Made by a program: the position numbers and the translations under genes | Assembly (NCBI GenBank): GCA_023515725.1 | Contig: JALDTO010000136.1 | Location: forward strand, 379,896-443,895 | Reading direction: 5' to 3' | From: Amoeboaphelidium protococcarum X5 | Taxonomy: Eukaryota > Fungi > Aphelidiomycota | DNA: 64,000 bases | Notes under the pieces: model-generated | What the model was told of the DNA's origin: nothing | Seen by the model: the letters and a program-made list of their open reading frames with translations, nothing else | The model's database searches: none | Part shown: piece after piece, positions 14,049 through 25,837 of the stretch | Numbering within the stretch: the first letter of the stretch is position 1 | How the letters are laid out: every line of letters begins with the position of its first letter

Positions 14049-14888
14049 TCACTGTTGCTTAAGTTCATTGAATCTTCTCTATACTTGCGCTTTCGCGTGA
14101 GCGAACCCTGTACTGTAAGCTTTCTTCTTGTAAAGCTCAAAGGACTAGTCCAACTTGTACTGAGGCTAATACTCTTGGTTTTCAAGCAATCCCTTTGCTC
14201 TCAACTTGCTTCTCTGAAACATAATGTTGCCAATAACCATGTTCAGCTGTCTTGCACTACGGATTACACCATTAAAATTTTAAGTCCACTAATAAGTCTA
14301 ACCTATAAATTTCTTACACACACTCCAATCCACGTTTTCAGGATCAATAGAATCAAAAGATACTGCACACGAGGAAATGGCTTCAGCTCCCTTCAGATAA
14401 TCGTTGTACTGCTTAAGGAGACTCTGCGCCTTAACAATGTTGCGGTACAATCTGTACATGCGATACTGAGAAAAGACATGCCAGAATCTCACGTTCAACT
14501 CAGATGCTTTAGGGACACCATATACACGCTATTCAAAAAAGTCTTGGTATAACTTCAACAAGTCCTTGGCATTTTCAACGCCGACACGGTAGAGCGAAGC
14601 TTACTTGGGAACATTAGACGAAGCTTCGAAATAGACAGACAGCATTTGATCATACTTTTCAGCCACATTGGCCAACAAATCAGTAGTGGCTTCTCTCTCA
14701 CTAAGAGCAAAAGTTGAGCTATCAACTACCGAGTTGATCAAAGGCGCAACTTCATCGACACCAGAGTAGACGTCACCAGGAGACGCGTATTGGATCTCGT
14801 CCAGATTATCAAAAGATTCGGGAAATGCAAAGCAAACAGTGGCAGCACTCAAAGCAAACGCAGATATCAACGGGAAACTGACGCGCAT
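14049..14888 (-). CDS. Secreted protein of unknown function (signal peptide), 279 aa
   Basis: MRVSFPLISAFALSAATVCFA signal peptide. Open to TGA in table 6. No recognisable domain. Confidence 0.75.
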
Positions 14889-15404
14889 TGTTGTTTATCT
14901 AAAGGTATTTAGATGGTAGATAAATTACCGGTATTAAAGAGAAACTCAAGGAGGAAGCGCGTCGACGAATTTGATCAAATTGTGGAGCTGACATCAAGGG
15001 GCCACAAACTCAAGTATTAGCTTACAACCTTAGTAGCCCCTGGCTTTGTATGAAGATATAGAATATCTAAAACAACTAAAGCTCCTAATTATTAATCTCC
15101 TTCTAGTCTAATCCCATCCCACCACAATTCTTTTGGTATAGTGTTTGGTTGCCTGTAAAAGCAATTTTGTGGTGTTTAATTTGTCTAGACTAGATTAGAA
15201 CTTGAACTTAAGGAATTCTGATCAATTATCAGATGATTTTGATGTAGTTCTAGCCTCTTATTGACTTCATCATTAACGAATCGATAATAGCTCATACATA
15301 TGTTCAGTTCCATTTTTAACGGTGGTATTTCCATGAAAAGTTTCGCCTATTAAGAATGCTATTACTTTGGTCAATACGGATAATGATTAAAGTCACTGCA
15401 TTGC

Positions 15405-15560
15405 AATAATCATGACAATGTTGATACTCTGGATGACAAAATCATGAGAGAGAAGATGGCTCCGAATTCAGTGACTGTCTCTGCAACTGCTTTGTGAATG
15501 AATGAATGCATATATGGCAACACCGTTCTCAAATCATTATCATCAGAGTAAGGATCTACA
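15405..15560 (+). repeat. Degenerate duplicate of the 3' end of the SMP gene (about 13615-13770)
   Basis: gatactctggatgacaaaatcatgagagagaagatggctccgaattcagtgactgtctctgcaactgctttgt (15423-) aligns with gatactctggatgatatgattatgaaggagatgatggctctgaatcaggagactgttgctgcaactgacttgt (13644-). Confidence 0.75.
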
Positions 15561-15947
15561 GTATGTGTAAAACGAAACACGAAAGCTTGAAAGACATATA
15601 GATGAAACAGTAAATCATCTTATACTTAATATCTCTAAGTATTATCATCAATTGAATTGTATCATGGTGGAAGTTATGTTCATAAATTGATTATGACGAC
15701 ACTAGTTATACCGCGTTAAGTGTGGCGTTATTAGATTTCAATTGAGCCACACGCAAAGGCGACCGACGACGCGTTTTGGTGGTCATTCGTTCAATCAATT
15801 CATCCATTTTCCATTTTAACGGTTGTCTCATTCGTACGACGTTGTTCTCGTACAGTTCTCATAGTGGCGGCGAAGTTGATCTTATTGTGCTATAAAACTT
15901 GTTGTAATAAATTTGTACCATAGAATACTCATAATAATAATAATAAA

Positions 15948-18437
15948 ATGTGGAATAGATTTCCATTCTCAATAATATAGCTACTGCTGGCATTAAGTCT
16001 TGTAATATTTAATAAAGTTTATGGAACTACCGGTGTGAATTCAGAATCTTGGACTAATAATTAGGGAAACCGATTGCTCTTGGATGAAGATGAAGTCGCC
16101 GCGGTTGACCATGTATTGTCTCAGTATTATAGATTTTAACCTCTGAATAGTGTTAGACACATTATTGAGGAGCATGTTAATTATAAAGATTCGCTTGTGG
16201 CAGTTCTGCCTGGTAAATGCTCATTCCTGGTTGGCCTCAGTGTTACGCCACCAGCTCGGCGCGATCAGCAGACTGGCGGTGGTGGCGTCGACGCATTGGA
16301 ACTCAAGATGAACTTTGAACTTTAGTGTGCGGATCCATAATCAGTTTATTATTATGGTTAATAGTATTATTAATCCGAAGATGGAACGCGATTAGACAAA
16401 TAGTAAAGTTCTGCTCATCAGTCTCCATCTCCTAGTGATGATGGCTCCTTTGAAGAAGCGTCAATGACTTTTGACCTGATCATTAGGTTGTCGACGCCTG
16501 CCTCATCATCAATCTCAAGTGCAGTAAACTAGCGCCTATATGAAGCCTCTAGCATCTAAGTGAATGCGCTGAAGCGACCACTTAGTCATTACCCATTCTC
16601 TAGATCTTTATTCAGATCATCTGAAGAAGTATCGCATCACAAGTAATAGCTGCAGGTTTAGTAGCATAATCATCGACATTTGGAGTAGTAACAGCTGTAG
16701 TAATAGTAATTCGGTAACAATTATATGTAACAGTAATAAGTAAATGATAGAATGCAAAGCTTTCAAATGAGGCGATCTTCCTCCATGTATGCTGAAAACT
16801 CTCAGCGTGCTGAATCTTATTCTTCAGCTTATTAGTAATAACAACAACTTGGTGCTGCTGGTATGCATGCAATTGCGGCTGACCTTGGTGCGAGACCATT
16901 GGCTGCCAGACGAAGATGGACACCGCGATTTGCGAAACCAGTGGTGGAATAGGAGGTCAAAGGTGCTGACATGACAGTGTAATAAGATGTTAAGTAGTCA
17001 CAACCTGTAAGCAATTAAAAGTAGTCAAAGATTGTGGTTGATAACAACGTTCATATGGATATTGTGTTCAAGACTTTAGCGCTATCTACTGGACAGATCA
17101 ATATATAGTATGGAGACTTTGCCATAATCATGACTAGAAATCTTATTTAGTTGAGTGATTAATGCAAGCTGGCATTCTCTGTCCGCGGTCACGTCTTGCA
17201 GGTGAACATGTTCTATATAGGAAAGTCTTCCCGCGGTGATGATGTTAATGGCTCATCCTCGAATAGTCTCGTATCATTGTTGTCCAGTTCTGCAAAGTCA
17301 ATGTCCTCATTGAAGTCTCAAAGCTAGTCATAGAATAGTCAGTGGTGGCCCAAACGATCTGAGCTGTCTGCTGGGACTTTATTTGGAAGTGGTGGTGGTG
17401 GTGGTGGTGATGGTACCGCGCCATTAGGTATGAGAAGAAATGGTGGTAGTAATGCTGGACCGGTTAGAGGATAAAATGTTGAAGATAGGACACCTCGCGG
17501 TCAGTCGCCACAAGTTTAAAGTTATATGCTACGTGATGAATCCAGATTGATGGATGTTAGTTTCGCTGCTGCTGGATTCTCATTCCCTGATTAGAGGTAT
17601 GAACGTCATTACAAGAAGGCATTTGTGGATTTCATCAGGAAAGCTGCCAATCCCTCAATGCAGTATTATGGCCTCTCACTCGTTCAAGTGGCGGAAGAGG
17701 TTCGCTTGAAGATTAAGAATTTCCAAGATTTGGCCAATTATAACTTTGATGTATTCCATGATCATCCGGCGTCTCTATTTTCTGTCGACGAGGTGGATCA
17801 GTCGTAGGAGTAAGATGCAGGGAATTTTAATCATGATGATGGATTCAGAGATGAAGATCGCATTTACTTGGGATTGTACTTTATGCTTGGCTCGGATCTG
17901 TATAATCATTTGTAAAAGCTGTAAATGCTGGATAACCATGCGGGTGAGGATGGATATGGTGCTCAACAGTCGGCTGATTTTCACGACTCTGGAAGTCTTG
18001 ATGGATCTCTTAATCTAAAGTTGTTACCATTTATCGCCAGCAATGTCAAATGGGAGATTCCGACTATGAAAGCCAAGTTCCAGCCTTTAGCCAAAGATTC
18101 ATATGGAATGAGGACGTTTTAGAATGCTCTAGCATTGTACTATCAGTCTAAAAGCCTTAGATAGAAAAAGTTGGAAAATGCTCGGAAATCTGAACTGAAT
18201 GGATCTAGACGCCGTCATACACGATATACTAATAACCATCAAAGAGCTGGTTATTTCGATGGCTCTCGCAGAGACGGAACTGACATTCAGAGTGGATAAC
18301 GCCGAGGATTCTTCCGCAATATGGCTTGCGGCATAAAGTCTGCATCAATACGATTTTTAAATTCCAAGCTGGGAACGGTGCTGGTCACTTTGGGCATAGT
18401 GTCTGCCGCGTAAAGTATGTGCAATCGAAATGGTTGA
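15948..18437 (+). CDS. Large secreted Gln/Ser-rich protein of unknown function, 829 aa
   Basis: Signal peptide MWNRFPFSIIQLLLALSLVIFNKVYG. Uninterrupted table-6 frame to TGA 18435-18437. Poly-Gln block. Short hydrophobic C-terminal segment LGTVLVTLGIVSAA. Confidence 0.75.
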
Positions 18438-18734
18438 TGCTTGTTGTATATCTCGCTGTCTATCTTGTTTATTTAAACTTCATCCATGGCTCTAATGTGA
18501 TTCTTTATTTTGTAAATATATACATTGTTTGTCTTATTCATTATCCTATTTCTATATATGTGCTTGGACTGTACAACTGAGCTACATGTGATTACAATAT
18601 ACACAAAGAACTAACAAAAATGAAGTAAAATAACGATGTAAAGATAAGTTAAAAGTATAAATAATTACTTTAGTCATAATGGGGGATTCAACAATGTAAT
18701 CAAGAAGCTGCTGCAGCACCAACAATCAAATTGA

Positions 18735-18864
18735 TGTTAAGAATAGTATAAGAGAGTGAAGTGAATATGAGATATAACAGGTATATTAACAGTTGTTTCA
18801 ACTCTTATATGATAAAGAGAGAGAGTGAGTGACTGAAACGCGTCAACACGGTTTCAGCTCAACA
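18735..18864 (-). repeat. 3' LTR (130 bp)
   Basis: Identical by eye to 23582-23711. Confidence 0.95.
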
Positions 18865-18876
18865 GCCGACCGCAAA

Positions 18877-21800
18877 TCATACCACCTTTTTGGTCACCTC
18901 AACTTCTAGAGGCTTATATGACTCTCGTACTTTCATTCCCATCTTGCTTACAAACAGCCAATGCAGATTCTTTCCAAGACCTTTTGTAAACACATCAGCC
19001 ACATTTGCATTACTCCGGACAAATTCTATGTCCAACGTACGGTCTTGGATTTCTTGTCGCAGAAAGTGATAGCGCAAACGAATGTGTCGAGTTCTATGAT
19101 GTTGTTGAGATGCTTTAGTCAAGTAAATAGATCCTTGATTGTCTGCAAAGAGTCTAGGGACAGAGTAAAGTTGAGGCGCAACATCTTGCAGTTGCAGCTC
19201 ATATAACAACTACTTGATCCAGATACCTTCTTTGACAGCTGCTGCCAGTGCGATGTACTCTGCCTCGACTGAGCTCAGAGCTACAATAGGTTGCAGACTT
19301 GACTTCCAAGATACTGGGACACCACACAAGTAAAATACATATCCAGACGTTGATTTTGAGTGGTCTAAGTTACCACAGTGATCAGAATCGGAGAAGCCAG
19401 TCAAGCCAGCCTTAGTACAATCGATTTCAATTCCCATATGCGCAGTGCTTTAGAGATACCCATAAATTCTTTTTACAGCTAACCAGTGTTTCATGCCTGG
19501 GTTCTTCATAAATCGCGCAACTTGAGACACCGCATAAGCAATGTCAGGGCGGCAACACTGAACAAGATGCATTAGACAGCCAACAGCTTGCTGATAAGGG
19601 ATCTATTCCATTTCTTGGCGCTGATTCTCATCTTAAGGACACATGGAAAGATCCAATTTGTAAGTTGCACACGGTGTCTTAACATGATGCTCATTCCGCA
19701 TATCAAATCTCTCTACAATGGACCTGATGTACTTTTCTTGATTCAGAGTGAATGAAGAATCAGAGTTAGTCTTGATCTATGCTCCAAGAAAATAAGCAGG
19801 CCACCCAAGATTTCTAACCTTGAACAGTTTCATTATGTCATCGCAAATCTTATTATATAAATCACCGGACGGACCAGCCAATACCATGTCATCAACGTAG
19901 ACAGCGAGAAGAAACGTCTGACCATTAAGCTTAAACATATAAAGACTGATGTCAGAATTAATACAATTGAAACCTATCGACTTCAATGACTTGGTCAATA
20001 AATCATTCCACAGTTTGGGCGCTTCTTTTAGACCGTAAACGGATTTGAGGAGTTTCATAATCTTGCCTTTTGGAATCTTGAACCCCTTTGGAGGCCTAGT
20101 GTAAACCGGTCTCTTTAGGAACGCATTTAAGAAGGCAGTTTTGACATCGAACTACGTAAGTTACCATTTGAACAGTGACGCCAATACTAGAAGAATCCTT
20201 ATAGTTGCATACTTTATCACTGGAGCAAAAATCTCAGCCCAATCCATCTCTTACAAGAATCCTCTAATGCACCAGCGCACTTTCCTTCTGTCCAGATGAC
20301 CTGTTGCATCAGTCTTATATTTGAAGACTAGCTTGGATGTGAGTATTTATTCACCCTTTGGAACTTAATCTTCGTCAATCAAGATGAATGTGCCATTCTC
20401 TACATGAGCAGAGAATTCTTCTTGAGTACCTTCATCCCACTATGGACCATCTGGCAATTTCAATGCAGCATCGTAAGACTGCGGATCTTCAAACACTCGA
20501 TTCAATTCTTGATAAGCGAATGCACACGTTTGATACACTTTATTGGTGTAGGGATCCACAATATGATACCAATACTCTTACTCCAAGTTCTCCACAGCAT
20601 CATGGAACTGCTCGCTATCATCCATATCAGTGGATAGCTAATCTTATTCATAACAATCATCCAGTGCTTAAAACGGGTTGGCAGATACAAAATTAATTGT
20701 GGGAGTAGACAACTGGTGTCTCCTTGATTGGGTAATGCTACGAGCAATCCCTACAATGTCATCCACCTCTATTTTCGGATCATTCACCCTCAGATGCATG
20801 TTACCTACCTCAATTTTGGAGTCTTGCACATCAACTTTCATTACTTTAGTATCATTCATGTCAATTTACAACTGTTTTTATAGCTTCAGGAGAGCTTTGG
20901 CAGTCTTGTCAGAAATATCTTCATCTTGATGAGTAATGGCATTATCCATTGGCTAGGTATCCTCCGCAGCGTCAACAAATTCATCGTCTACAGTCTCTTT
21001 GGGGACTTCAGTGACTTCAGCCGGTTCAGCATTTGGTTCGACGTTTATGGATGCTGTAGTTGGACGGGTAGCAGCTGCGGCATCAAATGAAATCTGCGGT
21101 TACTCGACTAACTCCTCAATGGTTGGATCTACAGCTGCACCAAGTCCTGCAGAGTTGTAAATGTCCTATGCAGATACTCTCACAGCGGACTAATCAGATT
21201 CATCCATCAATTCAAACTACTCCCTTTTGTAGACAAAACTTGGCTAAATCATTGGCGCCTTGTTCTCTAAGAATACTACGTCACGGCTGAAGATAATTTT
21301 ATTTAGATCTAAACTATAGAATCTCCAAGCTTTCTTTTCTAACGAGTAACCAGCAAAGACAGCGGGAAAACTTCTATCGTCCAATTTCTTAAAAGTTGAC
21401 TTGGAGTGTCTGACATACGCAAGACAGAACATCGTCCGCAAGTGAAACAGGCTTGCCCTTTTTCCAGTCCACAACTCTTCTGGAAGCTTAAAATTCACAG
21501 CTGAATGAGGCAAACGGTTCTTAACGTAGCATGCTGCCATGATGGCATCTGGCCAAAGAGTGTGAGGAGTGTCAAACACTTTCAAGAACGTACGGGCCAT
21601 GGACCACAGCGTCTAGTTGACTCTTTCACTGTTGCCATTTTGCTGAGGAGTATGTGCAGTTGTGCTTTGAATGGCCACACCTCTGTCAGCCAGAAAAGTA
21701 CGGAATTCACCATTGATGTATTCTCCACCCCCATCAGATCGAAACTTCTTCAATTTGAAACTAGATTCATTCTCTACCAACGTCAACCACCGCTTGAAGT

Positions 21801-23577
21801 GCCCAAATGCTTCAGACTTATTCTTAAGCATGTACGACCATAATTTCCTTGTGGCCATGTCCATCAGTGTCATTACGTATTTGAACCCATGAAACGAGCG
21901 GATATTGCATGGACTAAGATCAGACACCACGAGATCAAGCGGGTTTGAGTAGATAGAATCTGAAGGCTGAAAAGGAGCACGTTGCAGCTTCGTAGAAAGA
22001 CAATCATCACAGAATTCAAAAGTCTTTTACTCACTCAAATTCACATTCACATACTGTTGTTGTCATAACTTATTCACCAACTTTTCAGAGGGGTGGCCGA
22101 GACGACGGTGCAGCGTTTGATAGTTGACCATTACAGACTGCGGCGGCTAGGCATGTTGGCTAATGAGATTGACCACATTCAGCACCTTCTATGGCTACTC
22201 AATTACAATGCGATAAAGACCTTTCTCTAGGACAGCCACACACAACTTCCTGTTGTTTGCCTTTGACTGGATTACAAACTGGCTGTCAAGGTCAACCAAC
22301 GTCACCTTGCCAGAGCTTTTCAGCTTTGACACTGACATTAAGGAGCAGCTAGCACCCGGGAAGTGCATAACATTCTCCAGCTTTAGACAGCGACGCTCAC
22401 CATCAACAACTGCATTGAGGATGACGGTACCAACTCCGGCACACACCAACTCTTTATCACTGCCTCCATAGTTCTGTACCTTCATGCCTGAACAGGCAGA
22501 CAATTCTATAAAAGCATCCTTGTCGTTGCAGCAATGAGTAGACGCGCCAGAGTCTAGAAACCATTCACTACCGCTAACTGTACGATCAGAGGCCATGAAG
22601 ATTGCGTCAAAAGAGCTGTCACAATCAGAGACTACCTACGGATTGGTTTACAACAAGTTAGCCGTGGCAGATGGTTTATACTTCTTAACATCTGCTTCCA
22701 AATCCTGAATTCTCTTATCACATCGTTCCTTTCTGTGTCCACGAGGCTTCGGGCAACCAGGGTAATCACACACAGGATACTCCTTCTTTACCAAGTTGAC
22801 CTGTTGAATATCACCAGCATTTGTTACTTGGATAGAAGGCCCTCTTTACTCGATGTCCTTTGCATCTTTACGCTCCTGCTCATTCAACATTATGGACATC
22901 AGAGAATCAAACGTCAGAGTGGAAGTCTGAGTTGACACGGAAAGTTGCTGCTCAGCGTTTAGGCGGATGTGATCGAATTTGGCGTCAATGCCAAACAGGG
23001 AGACTGCCAGTTGCAGTTCTTTGAAGCAGACTTTGCCATCATTGTCAACTGCCACTCTAGCATGATGACTAGCAGCCTAGAGTTTGTTCACATACTCAGA
23101 TAGCTTTTCGTTCTTGTCTTGAGTACACACAAGCAAATTACGAAGACCAGCCAAGCGATTGACCAGAGAGCCAGTGGAGTAGCGATCCTTCAACAAGTCC
23201 CACATTTACTTAGCTGTCAACTCTTGAGACTACTGTTCGGCCATCTTGGAGCGTAAATATACCTTGACAGCATCGGTGACATTCTCAAATATGATGCTCT
23301 AAGCTTTGCAGTCAACGACGTAATCACTTGGACCAGTAGCATTAACATAAACGATATTAGCGGTAGAACCATCTGGTTGAGAGGCGGAAGTAGTACTGGA
23401 GGATGTAGCAGAAGGAGGCTAAGGAACTATAGCAGTCCAACATGAATTCTTCTTCATTGTCATTTGCATGTCCATAGACCAAGTTGAGTAGGCTACATTA
23501 TCAGCACCTAGTAGTTAGCTTAACTTTGGATTCTAAATTAATACACCAGTATTCATTGGTGGAGCATTCGGTCTCAT
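18877..23577 (-). CDS. Copia Gag-Pol polyprotein, about 1566 aa
   Basis: All minus-strand ORF-track fragments share one frame. Gag YSTW..M, Zn knuckle, protease WFLDSGASTH, LHRRLGHPS, integrase FRSDGGGEY..PQQNGNSER, RT QFDVKTAFLN (Q=TAG) and YVDD, RNase H FSDSD..SSVEAEY..DNQG..ADVFTK. Confidence 0.93.
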
Positions 23578-23581
23578 AATA

Positions 23582-23711
23582 TGTTAAGAATAGTATAAGA
23601 GAGTGAAGTGAATATGAGATATAACAGGTATATTAACAGTTGTTTCAACTCTTATATGATAAAGAGAGAGAGTGAGTGACTGAAACGCGTCAACACGGTT
23701 TCAGCTCAACA
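23582..23711 (-). repeat. 5' LTR (130 bp)
   Basis: Identical by eye to 18735-18864. Followed immediately (minus strand) by PBS-like TATTATGAGACC. Confidence 0.95.
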
Positions 23712-25457
23712 ATTGACATTAAGTCCAATCACCAGGATAGTACAAAGCCATGCCAGTATTGTCAGTGGCCAGCCGTTGGTAAACTTTTCACTACCATTCA
23801 AATCATCCACATTAAAATTAGATCCAGAAAGCAAAGTTTATCCTTCCCCTGTTGTATTCGAATACTTTCCTACATCAGATCCAAATGATTATAAAGACAA
23901 TCTATCAGAGCCGCCCATAATCTGACGAGACGATGTAAATATAACCAATGGCAACACTGCGAATGGTAACTGAATGCTCAGTATCACCTGAGATAGTACC
24001 AACAACTTTTCTGCACCATCATTCCCACCAATAAGGGCAATGACCAGAGCGGGAATTATAGCCAACAGACGCGTGCCCAATCTTCTAAATACCAAGCGCA
24101 ATCTCAAATTCAGAAATCCATTCATCACAATCTGACCGGCCAGAGTTCCAGTTATAGTGGACGACTATCCGCTAGCGAGTAGAGCAATTCCAAATGCCAC
24201 GGCAGCAATCTTGCCCACGTACTCCTCCAGCAGGTGATAAGCATCCTAGATCTCGGCAACGTCATACATGCCGCGCTTATTAAATGCACTAGACCCCACA
24301 ATCAGGATGGTGGCATTTATGACAAATGCGAATGTCAGTGCAATAACAGTATCAATGACAGCATAACGGAGTGAGTACTGCTTAGACTTTAGGCCATTCT
24401 ACCACCAAGAGGACTTATTGACAGCACCAACATACTCTTGATCAGCGTGACGCGTATGGCCAGAATCTGAATACTGTTCATCCGTAACCTCAATCTCGTA
24501 CTTTTTATCTAACACATAACCACCGGAGAGCATCTTAGATGGCACAACCTCATCAACCTTCTAATCCTTGTTATCAACGAAATGAATTCTACCATTGCCA
24601 TCCTCTGACTGCTCATCACCAGACATATCGATTCTCCTTGTCCTGCAGATGGAAGTATGCAAATACAAATTATGAGGCATCACAGTGGCACCCAGAATAG
24701 CGACTGCAATATACAACATTCCATTATCCTTGAACAGGAGATCAACACGCGGAATAAAGCCCTCCATAATCTCCACGAAGCTAGGCTTAGTGTAGGTGAG
24801 TAGGATGACAAAGCACACACCGACAATGAGCAAGATGACCAGAATGATGACTTCATACACCTTTTAGTACTTTTATCCCCACCACTTCAGGATGATAATC
24901 ACATCCAGACCAGTGATAAGAATACCCCATACAACGGGGATTCCTAGAAGCAGATACAGCGCCAGAGCACTACCAATAACCTCTGCCAAATCTGTGGCGA
25001 TAATGGCCAATTCTGTTAATACGTACAGGAAGCGATTCAACACACGACCCATCAGCCAGTCATCTTTATGAAATACACGCCTGCATTACTCTGCCAAATC
25101 CCGCCCAGTGACAATGCCCAACTTGCAGCAGAGCACCTGGAACAAGAGACCAATCAGCGATGACATCAGCACGACAAACAACAATCTATAGCCATAACTA
25201 GCACCCGCAGATATATCGCTCGCCCAATTACCAGGATCTATAAATCCAACAGCGATCATATACGCAGGGCCAATAAATTTAAAGAAAGATCGCCATGATC
25301 GACCTCTGATATTATTGCGACTGCCACCACCTTCTCCACTCTCATCACAGTCAAACGTATCAGGATCTTGCAGTCTTTCATATTCCAGATGCTCATCTTC
25401 GCTCATGAAGAAAATCTTGTGCAATCTATCTTTCCATCCCAATTGTTACTACTCCAT
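23706..25457 (-). CDS. SMF1: NRAMP/SMF (MntH-like) divalent metal transporter, C-terminus clipped by the Copia insertion
   Basis: [62 protein letters not shown]. Now ends GLNVNC-TGA inside the LTR. The original tail LIVGAAAAS-TGA lies at 18700-18729. Confidence 0.93.
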
Positions 25458-25837
25458 ATTTACAATTAATTTTCCAATTTTTATCAACTATATAGAGATA
25501 AGCTAAAGAGGGAAAGAGTGGGGCAATGTGTGGCTTTATATTGCGTGATTAGAAGGATGACACGATGAGTTGATCAGAAAATAAAATTTTGACGTGACGC
25601 GAGATCACTTAGACGAAGCTTTACTTTTTACACCCGTAAATTGAGTGAATAATGACGTGATATATCGCTTACAATCTTCGATTTATGGCGGATCTAGCTT
25701 TTACATTTCTAAAAATTGGATCTTAGAGCTCTGATAAATAAAGTTGCGATACACTTCAAAAAAAAATTTGGAACAATAAACAGCGGATGGTAAACTATTA
25801 ATGCGCAGTAATCAGATAATAATAATCTATTTCTCTA

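Larger units (their letters stand above)
18735..23711 (-). mobile_element. Full-length Ty1/Copia LTR retrotransposon with 5-bp TSD ATTGA (18730-18734 and 23712-23716)
   Basis: Identical 130-bp TG...CA LTRs, perfect TSD, single gag-PR-IN-RT-RH ORF in Copia order. Confidence 0.97.

Noticed and set aside
13905-14552. 215-aa plus-strand ORF and similar ORF-track entries (e.g. 30157-30564, 36099-36509, 46774-47280, 54965-55375)
   Set aside because: Antisense shadows of genes on the opposite strand, with no motifs of their own.
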